Source of the DNA: Clostridia bacterium
Lineage (GTDB): Bacteria; Bacillota; Clostridia; DUPQ01
NCBI GenBank assembly: GCA_041653455.1
Contig: JBAZFL010000003.1
Location: 1-45,662, forward strand
DNA length: 45,662 bases
Reading direction: 5' to 3'
Of this stretch, positions 1 through 7,094 are shown one piece after another; within the stretch, counting starts at the first letter, position 1; every line of letters starts with the position of its first letter. Position numbers and translations under genes: made by a program. Under the pieces are notes generated by a model. The model saw only the letters and a program-made list of their open reading frames with translations, was not told the DNA's origin and made no database searches.

Positions 1-127
1 TCTTCCCATGTCTTAAACATTTCCCCTCCTTGCCGTTTATTTGTCCGATGTTTTGTCATAATTATGTGTTTGTTTTTGTGTCATATCTTCCCGCCAAACG
101 CCGCGAAAATGTCCTTTAAAATGTCCG
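1..127. repeat. Contig-end overlap, copy 1 (identical to 45536..45662)
   Basis: Read directly: bases 1-127 equal 45536-45662. The repeat cuts through the start of the DUF3310 CDS, so it behaves as an assembly overlap of a circular or circularly permuted genome. Confidence 0.95.
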
Positions 128-266
128 GCATTTCCGGCTTCCGTTCAATCTTATGAAAGATAATCGCTTGCCTGACCTTTTCCCTTGCTTCCTTCGCGCT
201 GTCAGCTTCGAGCGAAACACGCATTTTTTTTGCGTATATCTCGATATACAATGTGTATCTATCCAT
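81..266 (-). CDS. Hypothetical protein (61 aa)
   Basis: ATG at 264-266 with a purine-rich stretch (aaaaggtg) upstream. Same strand as its neighbours. No recognisable motif. Confidence 0.55.
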   Translation of the reverse strand: MDRYTLYIEIYAKKMRVSLEADSAKEAREKVRQAIIFHKIERKPEMPDILKDIFAAFGGKI

Positions 267-354
267 CTTCTAAGCACCTTTTGTTATCAATCTTGTTAAC
301 TTTGTATGCTTTACTTTCAAATAGCGCCGAAAAGTGGCACTTTCCGCAATTAAG

Positions 355-384
355 ATTATAAAAATTAAATCCTTTAGCCTACAA
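355..384 (-). promoter_or_regulatory. Putative sigma70-type promoter (minus strand): TTGTAG-18 nt-TATAAT
   Basis: Reverse complement of 379-384 is TTGTAG and of 355-360 is TATAAT, with an 18-nt spacer. Lies in the 160-nt gap upstream of the 81..266 ORF. Confidence 0.35.
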
Positions 385-425
385 CTTGTTTACAGCTTCA
401 AAATCTCCAACAATACAAAGTTGTA

Positions 426-1271
426 TTAAATTAAAAACGGTTCACAGTTCACGATTTCGCCGCAATCAACGGTAATTTTAACAAATCCTAATTCTACCGG
501 CGGGTAGTTTTGCGCGTAATCATCATAACCGTCTAACCGTGATTTTCGGGCAGACCCACAACACGCATACCAGCGTTGATCCGGTTGAATATATCCGATA
601 GATGTTGAGCCTTTTAAATACTGCTGGCTTACACCTACCGGAGAATCAACAAAATATAGCCGCTTTGCCGGTGGCACAATTCCAATCCAATGAGCGTGAC
701 CACAAAGCATAATTGAGCAATCGCCCATTTGCTCTTGAAGATACAGTTTTAAAGCGGCCTTCTTGTTTGCTTCGCGTTGTTCATAATCTTTAGCGTGAGA
801 AGAAAAAATACGGTTTCCATGCATAGCAAAGATGTTGAAAAGTGGTTTGCCTTTATTCTCGACAATTAATCGGCATGATTCTGTACCGTACGGTATTTCC
901 AAATCTTCGCAAATAATGCTGCCGACCAGATCGCCAAACTTAGACAAAAATCGCTCATGGTTTCCTTTTAGGCCAACAATAATTTTCTTTTTGATTGGCT
1001 TAAAAAGCCCCACAGCGTCTTTTGCCTGTTTAATGGGTATTGCCTGTTCTTTTTCTTTTTGACCCTCTGGCGGGGCATTGTAGCGTTTATCATCGGTCAT
1101 AATTGCTTCTATCCAGTCCCCAAGATGCAGAAAATATCTTCGTGGCGCAGAAGCGATATAATCTACCGTCTTTTTAATCCCGTCATAGTGGCACATAATA
1201 GAGCCAATATGTGTGCAACTTCCCGCGATTAGTTCAAAAGATTTCGGTAAGTCTGACACTATCCTTTGCAT
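426..1271 (-). CDS. Calcineurin-like metallophosphoesterase
   Basis: Motifs HLGDWIE (GD), GLKGNHERF (GNHE) and MLCGHAHWIG (GH-H) occur in the canonical order. SD gggggag precedes the ATG at 1269-1271. Confidence 0.8.
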   Translation of the reverse strand: MQRIVSDLPKSFELIAGSCTHIGSIMCHYDGIKKTVDYIASAPRRYFLHLGDWIEAIMTDDKRYNAPPEGQKEKEQAIPIKQAKDAVGLFKPIKKKIIVGLKGNHERFLSKFGDLVGSIICEDLEIPYGTESCRLIVENKGKPLFNIFAMHGNRIFSSHAKDYEQREANKKAALKLYLQEQMGDCSIMLCGHAHWIGIVPPAKRLYFVDSPVGVSQQYLKGSTSIGYIQPDQRWYACCGSARKSRLDGYDDYAQNYPPVELGFVKITVDCGEIVNCEPFLI

Positions 1272-1458
1272 ATTTCATCTCCCCCCTAATTGTATGACCA
1301 CAATTCACGCAGGTTTTAATTTCCCCTGCAATTAGCGGCGTTGCACAACCCACACACCGCCTTTCTTTAACGTATCTTTCCTTTGCCTTCCTGACTGATT
1401 CCTTGCAAAATTCTAAGTGGGAATCCCTGTATCGTTTATTAATTTCGCTTCTGCTCAT
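1234..1458 (-). CDS. Small zinc-ribbon protein (74 aa)
   Basis: CVGC...CVNC pair. SD gagga lies 4 nt before the ATG. The 3' end overlaps the next gene by 38 nt. Confidence 0.55.
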   Translation of the reverse strand: MSRSEINKRYRDSHLEFCKESVRKAKERYVKERRCVGCATPLIAGEIKTCVNCGHTIRGEMKYAKDSVRLTEIF

Positions 1459-1556
1459 TAATCCTCATCAAAAATGCGTTTAATCGCTCTGTTCACCAGT
1501 AGCCCTATTGCCGCTATTATTGCCGATCCTATTACGATTAAGATTAGGTAAGTCAT
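1458..1556 (-). CDS. Small single-pass membrane peptide (32 aa)
   Basis: Hand-translated: MTYLILIVIGSAIIAAIGLLVNRAIKRIFDED. TAATG stop/start overlap with the next gene. Below the ORF-track length cutoff. Confidence 0.35.
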   Translation of the reverse strand: MTYLILIVIGSAIIAAIGLLVNRAIKRIFDED

Positions 1557-1567
1557 TGCTTTACCTC

Positions 1568-1831
1568 TTAAAATGGCACATCGTCTGCCGGTTGTTGCGT
1601 TGTTTCTTCCAATTCGGCCAATAATGTTTTCAGCACATTAATTGCCGTTTCCTTGTCGCCCAACTTGATTTTCTTCGGCAATTCCTTTTCGATTTTTTCC
1701 TTGCCAAATGGCTGTTTAATCCAGTTGGCCTTAAAATCCCCCTCGCGCCCTTCCCACCCCTCAACGAGCGAATAAATGCCTTTGTAGCTTTCCATCTGGA
1801 CTACTGTGTATTGATCTACCCTGATAAGCAT
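1568..1831 (-). CDS. Hypothetical protein (87 aa)
   Basis: Strong SD aggagg lies 4-5 nt upstream of the ATG at 1829-1831. Confidence 0.65.
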   Translation of the reverse strand: MLIRVDQYTVVQMESYKGIYSLVEGWEGREGDFKANWIKQPFGKEKIEKELPKKIKLGDKETAINVLKTLLAELEETTQQPADDVPF

Positions 1832-1839
1832 GTGACCTC

Positions 1840-2181
1840 CTAATATTCTTTTAATAAGGTTTGTATTCTTAGTGTTTCAGCTTGCGCTGCTTCTTGTGAC
1901 TTAGCTTCTGCCATTCGTAAAATTTCGGCTCTTTCCATTTTTTTTGACATTACAAATTTTTCAAAATCATCTATCCATTGACCAGAATGAAGCCAGCCAT
2001 AAGATTCTGTCCACCCAGGCTGACCACCAATAATTCCATAAACTTCAACTGTTCTTTTTCCTTCACTATTTAAAATCCAGATATGAAATGTTTTTCCTCT
2101 CGCATGGATTCCGCTTTCATAAGATAATTTTTCAAAAACCCCACTTCCCAACAAATCAGCATATTCTCTCGCTCCAACCAT
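1840..2181 (-). CDS. Hypothetical protein (113 aa from internal ATG)
   Basis: The ORF-track start at 2220 is a GTG. The ATG at 2179-2181 is preceded by aggaggggg, so the shorter form is preferred. Confidence 0.6.
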   Translation of the reverse strand: MVGAREYADLLGSGVFEKLSYESGIHARGKTFHIWILNSEGKRTVEVYGIIGGQPGWTESYGWLHSGQWIDDFEKFVMSKKMERAEILRMAEAKSQEAAQAETLRIQTLLKEY

Positions 2182-2219
2182 ACCCCCTCCTATAAAAAGT
2201 TTTCTATTTTGTCCGTCCA

Positions 2220-2399
2220 CTATAAATATTGTGATAATTCATCTATTGCTTCCTGCAAACTATGACCTGCTGAGTCACAATTATATGCAATGTCCTCAAA
2301 TTCAGAGATTAAATCGTTCAAGGCATCGCGTTCTTTTGCAATATTGTTTTTGTGCTTCTCTATTTGCTTAACTAGATTTTTAAGTTGTTTCTTATCCAT
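2220..2399 (-). CDS. Hypothetical helical protein (59 aa)
   Basis: Hand-translated MDKKQLKNLVKQIEKHKNNIAKERDALNDL... SD aggaggga precedes the ATG at 2397-2399. Fills an otherwise empty gap. Confidence 0.5.
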   Translation of the reverse strand: MDKKQLKNLVKQIEKHKNNIAKERDALNDLISEFEDIAYNCDSAGHSLQEAIDELSQYL

Positions 2400-2407
2400 A
2401 CTCCCTC

Positions 2408-2776
2408 CTATAAAAAATCTGTTATTTTATCAGTTCGCGGATCGTATTTAATACCCATTCCCTCGCTATAATCCGCGTTTACTATCTGTCTGCACTCATC
2501 ACAAAAATGATAAGTCTTGCCATACTTCGCCCGATAAATATTTCTCGCTTGATGCTTTTCGCCACATATCGGACATTCGCAATCAATCAATTTTCCCGCC
2601 AATCGGAAAGAAGGCATGTTCTCAAGGCGCTTTTTTTCAGGATTGTTTTTATGTCTTATTCTCCTGACTTGCCGCCTGTTGGCTAGTTTAGCGTGTTCAA
2701 CACAACAATACTTTTGCTTGTGCTTTTTGATAAACTTAACATTGCAGCCCTCAAGGGCGCAGGTTAGATATTCCAT
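2408..2776 (-). CDS. Cys-rich (zinc-binding) protein
   Basis: Several C-x2-C / C-x-H pairs (CALEGC, CCVEH, CECPIC, CDEC). Basic central region. Confidence 0.6.
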   Translation of the reverse strand: MEYLTCALEGCNVKFIKKHKQKYCCVEHAKLANRRQVRRIRHKNNPEKKRLENMPSFRLAGKLIDCECPICGEKHQARNIYRAKYGKTYHFCDECRQIVNADYSEGMGIKYDPRTDKITDFL

Positions 2777-2779
2777 TGC

Positions 2780-3277
2780 TCACTCCCAACAAGGTCTAAA
2801 CAGTATCGTGCCAAATTTATGCTTTGAGCCACCCTTGCAATCCCCGGCAATGAAATTCCTCGGACATAAGGTGCATTTATCGGCGTTCTTGTAATTCCGC
2901 TTAAAGCCAAAGATTTGCTTCCAGATAAGTTTTTCGCTCTGCACTTTGGGAGCCATAAACCCATTAAGGCGGCACTCTCGCAAAACATTCGCCCATTTTT
3001 CTAGTAGGTCAGTAGGTATTTTCTTCCGGCATATTTCCCAATCCATGCCTGTTTTTTGGTAGCCGATTAAATACTTAATCATTGAGTCCTTTTCGCTTTG
3101 TGTGAGCAATCCGTTCACAATTACTTCAGGTGGGCAATTTTCCAGCACGAGCCTCGGCAGCTTTGTTGGCTTCAAGTTCTCTGGTGACTGCGTCAAAATA
3201 GTCCTCTGCTTTCGGGTCGAGTACCCGATCTCTTCCATAATTTCCCCTACTGCTTCCGGCGGTCTGTCGATTTCCAT
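2780..3277 (-). CDS. Hypothetical protein (165 aa)
   Basis: ATG at 3275-3277 is preceded by a strong SD agggggg. It overlaps the 3' end of the DUF1376 gene by 152 nt in another frame. Confidence 0.5.
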   Translation of the reverse strand: MEIDRPPEAVGEIMEEIGYSTRKQRTILTQSPENLKPTKLPRLVLENCPPEVIVNGLLTQSEKDSMIKYLIGYQKTGMDWEICRKKIPTDLLEKWANVLRECRLNGFMAPKVQSEKLIWKQIFGFKRNYKNADKCTLCPRNFIAGDCKGGSKHKFGTILFRPCWE

Positions 3278-3989
3278 AAGTCCCCCCTATTGATTTTAAT
3301 TCATCATCCCAACAACCACGGTTTAACCACGTTGCCGGGTTCTTCCACTCCGGCCTAAATTCTCCGTTGGCGTTATTTCTCCATGCTATTTGTTTTTTGA
3401 TTGCTTCTAAGATTGTTTCAATGGTCGGTAAGGTATGTTTTAATTTCTGCCAGCGTTTTAATGTTTCCTGTTTTTCCTTCTTATTCGGGTATGCGTTCCA
3501 AAATGCGACAAAAGCTGCATCAATCTTCTTTTTACTATCTTCATTTTCATCTTCATTTTCATTTTCAGTGTTTGCTTTAACTTTTGCTTTAGCAAACTTT
3601 GAAGCAAATTGAGTTTTTTTACCGCCTTTTTGACCAGATTCAGACCTCTTAATAGAAACCTCATTATCTCTAACCATGCGTTTTTGATAAAGATAATCAT
3701 CTTCAATGGTGATAACTCCCTCAATCAGAAGCTCTTGCAATGACTTTTCTATTACTTCGATGGTGTAGGGCATCTGCTTTAATAATTTTAAAGCAAAATT
3801 TTTCAGGTGCTTGGTGGTTTGCTTGTCTTTTTGCTTAAGCAAAAGTTTTCCGTATTCTTCAGATTTGTGTAGTATGCAAATCAATCTAATATAAACTCCG
3901 GTTGATTCAGCACTGCACTCGATTAGTTTTTCATCAGTAAGAAAGTCTTGAACATAAAGTGGTATATATGGTTGATTCCTTAACGCCAT
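3126..3989 (-). CDS. DUF1376-type phage replication (initiator/organiser-like) protein
   Basis: N-terminus PYIPLYVQDFLTDEKL matches the DUF1376 pattern. The C-terminal half has the FWxxYPxK...W...W...TWLN..CWDDE motif seen in phage replication/DnaD-like proteins. An acidic NENEDENED linker joins them. Confidence 0.65.
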   Translation of the reverse strand: MALRNQPYIPLYVQDFLTDEKLIECSAESTGVYIRLICILHKSEEYGKLLLKQKDKQTTKHLKNFALKLLKQMPYTIEVIEKSLQELLIEGVITIEDDYLYQKRMVRDNEVSIKRSESGQKGGKKTQFASKFAKAKVKANTENENEDENEDSKKKIDAAFVAFWNAYPNKKEKQETLKRWQKLKHTLPTIETILEAIKKQIAWRNNANGEFRPEWKNPATWLNRGCWDDELKSIGGTYGNRQTAGSSRGNYGRDRVLDPKAEDYFDAVTRELEANKAAEARAGKLPT

Positions 3990-4219
3990 GTTATCTCCAA
4001 ATTTTCGACTATTTCTTTTGCTTGAGGAATTAAGTGATTAACTTTTGATTTATAATCAGTAAGGTTAATATCCTTGAAGCACTCTCTGTATCCGCCAAAT
4101 TTAATTTTGGGGTTGTACGGATTAAATAATCCTTGTAGGGTTGACTCATTATTTACAGCATCGTAAAAATCGAGACCCATAAGCATATATACGATAGTTA
4201 CTTTATAACCATGCTTCAT
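3980..4219 (-). CDS. C-terminal fragment of a split T5orf172/GIY-YIG-like gene
   Basis: GYKVTIVYML...ESTLQGLF..YNPKIKFGGYRECF resembles the C-terminal half of T5orf172/GIY-YIG-like phage proteins. The ATG at 4217-4219 immediately follows, in frame, the TAA of the upstream fragment. Confidence 0.5.
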   Translation of the reverse strand: MKHGYKVTIVYMLMGLDFYDAVNNESTLQGLFNPYNPKIKFGGYRECFKDINLTDYKSKVNHLIPQAKEIVENLEITWR

Positions 4220-4402
4220 TTACGGCAATGCGACTATCCAGTACGTGTCCGGCAATGCGACTATCCAGTCCGTGTCCGGCAATGCGACTATCCAGTACGT
4301 GATTTGATAAAAGCGTGAATATCTGTGAACAGATGTTCCAATTTTATAAAAAGATTCATCGCTGTTTTCTAATTTAATTAAATAAAGATGTTCGCCATTC
4401 AT
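4220..4402 (-). CDS. N-terminal fragment of a split T5orf172/GIY-YIG-like gene, ending in repeat-encoded tail
   Basis: LYLIKLENSDESFYKIGTSVHRYSRF resembles the N-terminal beta-hairpin/helix of T5orf172/GIY-YIG-like domains. The last 27 residues (YWIVALPDT x3) are encoded by the tandem repeat. Confidence 0.5.
   Translation of the reverse strand: MNGEHLYLIKLENSDESFYKIGTSVHRYSRFYQITYWIVALPDTDWIVALPDTYWIVALP
4224..4301. repeat. 27-bp direct tandem repeat, 2.9 copies (ggcaatgcgactatccagtacgtgtcc)
   Basis: Read directly: copies at 4224-4250, 4251-4277 (one a>c change at 4270) and 4278-4301 (truncated). Confidence 0.95.
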
Positions 4403-4413
4403 TTACATTTCCC

Positions 4414-4833
4414 TCAAAACGGCAGGTTGTCGCCCAAATCTCTTATTGTTAATTCACAGCGCGGGTTGTCTTTATCCACGCCGCCGAAACGGTAATCTAT
4501 TGCCGGAATCACTTTGTAGGAATCATCGGAGATAACGCCAAAGTCTATCAGTGCATCGTCTGTGAACTTCTGGATTATCGAGCATACATTAGCTAGGTCG
4601 AACTTTCGGTTGCTTGATGCATAGATGGTGTAGGTGAAAAGAAACGGGGCTTCAGGGCGTTCTATAATAGGAATACTCGGTATTGCCTGATTGACTATTT
4701 CTTTCCATAAAACCTTACTTTGATTTAATGTCATATGATGAGTATTCCGATAGTTATTAAGATTAAGAATCCAGATGCGATCTTCTTTCGTTTTTCTTGG
4801 TATGGTTACTGATAAGGGCAAGATGATCTTCAT
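4414..4833 (-). CDS. RusA-like Holliday junction resolvase
   Basis: C-terminal half ([29 protein letters not shown]...[10 protein letters not shown]) aligns by eye with E. coli RusA ([28 protein letters not shown]...RLELTITEMG). The second Asp of the DxDN motif is Ala. ATGA coupling to the MTase gene. Confidence 0.6.
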   Translation of the reverse strand: MKIILPLSVTIPRKTKEDRIWILNLNNYRNTHHMTLNQSKVLWKEIVNQAIPSIPIIERPEAPFLFTYTIYASSNRKFDLANVCSIIQKFTDDALIDFGVISDDSYKVIPAIDYRFGGVDKDNPRCELTIRDLGDNLPF

Positions 4834-5648
4834 TCGGCCTCCGCAAACTGTAAAACTGACTGTTGCAATCTCTTGACTGCTATTTCACAATACTTTTCTT
4901 CAATCTCAATCCCGATTGCTTTACGGTTTAATTGCTTGGCTATTTTTAGTGTTGTTCCACTTCCAGAGAATGGGTCCAGAATTAAATCATTTTGATTTGA
5001 CCATGAATTAATATGGTCATAGGCTAAATTATCAGGGAAGATTGCAGGATGGTCATAAGCGACAATATCTTTTGCCGACTTCATATAACCAACATCGTAA
5101 ATCCATACGTTTTCCCTGTTTCTTTCTTCTTTCCCTGTTTCGTATTTAATATTAGAAGTGCTGCCGTCTTTATTGCGGCGCGTTGTTGATGTTTTACCTT
5201 TAATGCGATACTCTTTGTATGTTGGGACACGGAAGATATTTGTTGTTTTTGGTTTGCCGTTTGAAAAGATAAACATATATTCAAAAACTGGTGCGTATCT
5301 GTTTTGTTCTGGAAACGAAAAATTATTTTTCCAATAAATCATCGTGTCGTGAAGTGATAAACCTTTTTCAAGAAACAAAAGTGCGTGTCGAAATGAGTTA
5401 CCCGTTTCCGAACCATTAACAGTAGAATCATTAACAATCCAAACACAAACACCACCCGATTTAACCACCGGATAAATTGCATTAATAGACGAAACATAAT
5501 CAAATTTATGTCCGCCATATTCCCGCAAATCATCATACGGCGGCGAAGTCAGCACTAAATCAACCGGCTCTAATTCCGGCAGTATTTCCCGACAATCGCC
5601 GTGATAAATCGTGATTCCGTATTGGTCGTCTTGGTAATAAGGCTTCAT
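4830..5648 (-). CDS. Beta-class amino DNA methyltransferase (N6A/N4C family)
   Basis: Motif IV SPPY is near the N-terminus and motif [10 protein letters not shown] near the C-terminus, which is the beta permutation. No adjacent restriction enzyme. Confidence 0.85.
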   Translation of the reverse strand: MKPYYQDDQYGITIYHGDCREILPELEPVDLVLTSPPYDDLREYGGHKFDYVSSINAIYPVVKSGGVCVWIVNDSTVNGSETGNSFRHALLFLEKGLSLHDTMIYWKNNFSFPEQNRYAPVFEYMFIFSNGKPKTTNIFRVPTYKEYRIKGKTSTTRRNKDGSTSNIKYETGKEERNRENVWIYDVGYMKSAKDIVAYDHPAIFPDNLAYDHINSWSNQNDLILDPFSGSGTTLKIAKQLNRKAIGIEIEEKYCEIAVKRLQQSVLQFAEAE

Positions 5649-5977
5649 TTCTTCACCATCTCTTTAATCTCCTCGTATTCAGCCTCGCTCGGAAGCACCA
5701 GGTATGTATAATCCTTTTCGACATACTCAACTGCGTAGGGTGACAATTCGGATTCGGTATGCTGAAAAACCTTTTCCCCGCTTTTCAATGTGCCGATGAA
5801 TTTTGCGTTCATAAAGCCTCCTTTTCTTTCTTGCCCTATTTTACCCTTACCCTTACATTTTGGGCAGGGCTTGACTATCTGATACACTCTATTATCCTTC
5901 ATTACCTGACCATCTTGAATCTGTTTTTTACCATTACAGACGGGGCAGGCAACAATGTCATATATTATAGCGTTCAT
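5645..5977 (-). CDS. DnaJ-type CxxCxGxG zinc-finger protein (110 aa), with internal duplicated start region
   Basis: CPVCNGKK and CPKCKGKGK motifs. The ATG at 5975-5977 is preceded by aaggagg. The longer track ORF to 6106 has no SD. An identical SD+ATG occurs again in frame at 5812. Confidence 0.65.
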   Translation of the reverse strand: MNAIIYDIVACPVCNGKKQIQDGQVMKDNRVYQIVKPCPKCKGKGKIGQERKGGFMNAKFIGTLKSGEKVFQHTESELSPYAVEYVEKDYTYLVLPSEAEYEEIKEMVKK

Positions 5978-6120
5978 AAAGCCTCCTTGAAAGTTGTGCT
6001 TACGATATATCAGGTAATTTTTAAAAGCAAGGATTATTTTAAAAATAAATGAAAATAGTTCTTGCAATTTAAAATTAGTTGGTCTAGTGTAAGCACAACG
6101 AAACAAGAAAAGGATTTCTC

Positions 6121-6477
6121 ATGCTGGCAGTTGATAGATTTTTAAAACTCAATCGGAAGCTGGATAATATGACGGAAAACTACCAGGACATGACAGCATT
6201 GTTCCAAGCCCTAGACGCGGAAGATGCGGAGATAATGTTTGGGGTAGATGTTGAATACAGTTCACTTAGGGAAGATTCCCTTAATGGTGATATATTTGCC
6301 GCCGACCAACCTTCGGGCAAAGTTCGTGGCAAAAAAGCAGTTTCTTTACCAACCCCTTTGTCCAGTTGGCAGGAGTCTATGCCGTGCATAGGTGATGATC
6401 GCAGAACCGTATTGGGGAATGATGGTGGAAGTCCATCAAACGGTGGTGAAATGCCATCAAGTAACAACGCCCTTTAA
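6121..6477 (+). CDS. Questionable ORF (118 aa, acidic/disordered); may instead be non-coding
   Basis: Weak SD (aaaagga). Several rare-looking codons (ata, agg, aga, cta, ggg). A mirror ORF on the opposite strand (6180..6467) covers the same bases. Confidence 0.3.
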   Translation: MLAVDRFLKLNRKLDNMTENYQDMTALFQALDAEDAEIMFGVDVEYSSLREDSLNGDIFAADQPSGKVRGKKAVSLPTPLSSWQESMPCIGDDRRTVLGNDGGSPSNGGEMPSSNNAL

Positions 6478-6591
6478 TTGCCATCACCAGATTACTTGTA
6501 ATCATAGGTCATGGGAAAAGAGAGGGTGAACTTACAGGAAAGGGGATGGTTACCGGCATAATAGCAGTAAGCGTAATTAATCTTATTTTAA

Positions 6592-6627
6592 GGTGGGTGC
6601 GGTTTCGGCTCTGTTGCCGCACTCACC
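6592..6627 (+). promoter_or_regulatory. 11-bp stem-loop abutting the SD of the first plus-strand gene
   Basis: ggtgggtgcgg (6592-6602) pairs with ccgcactcacc (6617-6627), with one G-U, around a 14-nt loop. SD aggaggg starts at 6628 and the ATG is at 6638. Confidence 0.5.
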
Positions 6628-6637
6628 AGGAGGGAAC

Positions 6638-6748
6638 ATGGAAAAGTTGATTGAATTTTTGGACGAGGGATTGAAGCCACTGTGCTGGATAATCATAATA
6701 TTGTCGGTGGTCTATTTTGTAACGATATTAGTTATTGCGAACGGATAG
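6638..6748 (+). CDS. Small membrane peptide (36 aa)
   Basis: Hand-translated MEKLIEFLDEGLKPLCWIIIILSVVYFVTILVIANG. Strong SD aggaggg. Confidence 0.5.
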   Translation: MEKLIEFLDEGLKPLCWIIIILSVVYFVTILVIANG

Positions 6749-6756
6749 GGGGTTGT

Positions 6757-6951
6757 ATGTCAAGTTTTAGCGGAGATTATCAGACGAGAGATCAGATAGG
6801 CATACATTGGATTCCACCGGCAGAGTGGGAATCATTGCGGCAATCCCTTAACGCCGAATGTAAAGAGAATAGCAAAACGGAATGGTTCTGCCTTCAAATC
6901 GGCGAAGTGGAATTAACCTTTTTCAAGAACATGAGTAACGAGGCCGCTTGA
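6757..6951 (+). CDS. Hypothetical protein (64 aa)
   Basis: An internal ATG of track ORF 6682..6951 is preceded by gataggggg. The upstream extension overlaps the small membrane ORF. Confidence 0.55.
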   Translation: MSSFSGDYQTRDQIGIHWIPPAEWESLRQSLNAECKENSKTEWFCLQIGEVELTFFKNMSNEAA

Positions 6952-7094
6952 TGGACATAACTGAAACAGTCAGCCAGTTAAACGATGACGACATTATCTT
7001 GTTGCTTAAAGTTTTGTCATGTCCAGAGGGTCAAACAGAGGAAATTTATTTTAAGGAAAGGAAGACAGATGGAAGCAGGAAAACACAAAATTAG
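6951..7094 (+). CDS. Hypothetical small protein (47 aa)
   Basis: Hand-translated MDITETVSQLNDDDIILLLKVLSCPEGQ... TGATG stop/start overlap with the preceding ORF. Confidence 0.3.
   Translation: MDITETVSQLNDDDIILLLKVLSCPEGQTEEIYFKERKTDGSRKTQN

Noticed and set aside
3541-3566. Hexanucleotide repeat tcattt/tcatct x4 inside the DUF1376 gene.
   Set aside because: It encodes the acidic NENEDENED linker between two domains. This is an ordinary low-complexity coding repeat with at most minor slippage potential.
4217-4222. TAA at 4220-4222 considered as a recoded or read-through sense codon (alternative genetic code) joining the two T5orf172-like halves.
   Set aside because: TAA terminates well-supported genes elsewhere in this genome, for example the phosphoesterase at 426-428 and genes with TAATG junctions at 19966 and 28124. 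Global reassignment is therefore excluded. Local read-through cannot be excluded but has no supporting signal.
4224-4301. The 27-bp repeats considered as a CRISPR array.
   Set aside because: The copies are directly abutting with no spacers, there are only 2.9 units, they lie in frame within a coding region, and no cas genes are present.
5978-6106. N-terminal extensions of track ORFs: 5645..6106, 6682..6951, 6985..7959, 9036..10115, 10323..10571, 13200..13649, 13484..15619, 16113..18302, 42092.., 42599.., 43188.., 43532.., 43900.., 44174..44593, 45325..45594.
   Set aside because: In each case an internal ATG is preceded by a clear AGGAGG-like SD and/or ATGA coupling. The upstream extension lacks an SD, overlaps the neighbouring gene, or uses a non-ATG start. 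The shorter forms are reported.
6546-6650. 34-aa ORF (MVTGIIAVSVINLILRWVRF...) overlapping the 6592-6627 hairpin.
   Set aside because: SD spacing is marginal, and most of the C-terminal half of the ORF is the hairpin sequence itself. I cannot distinguish it from chance.
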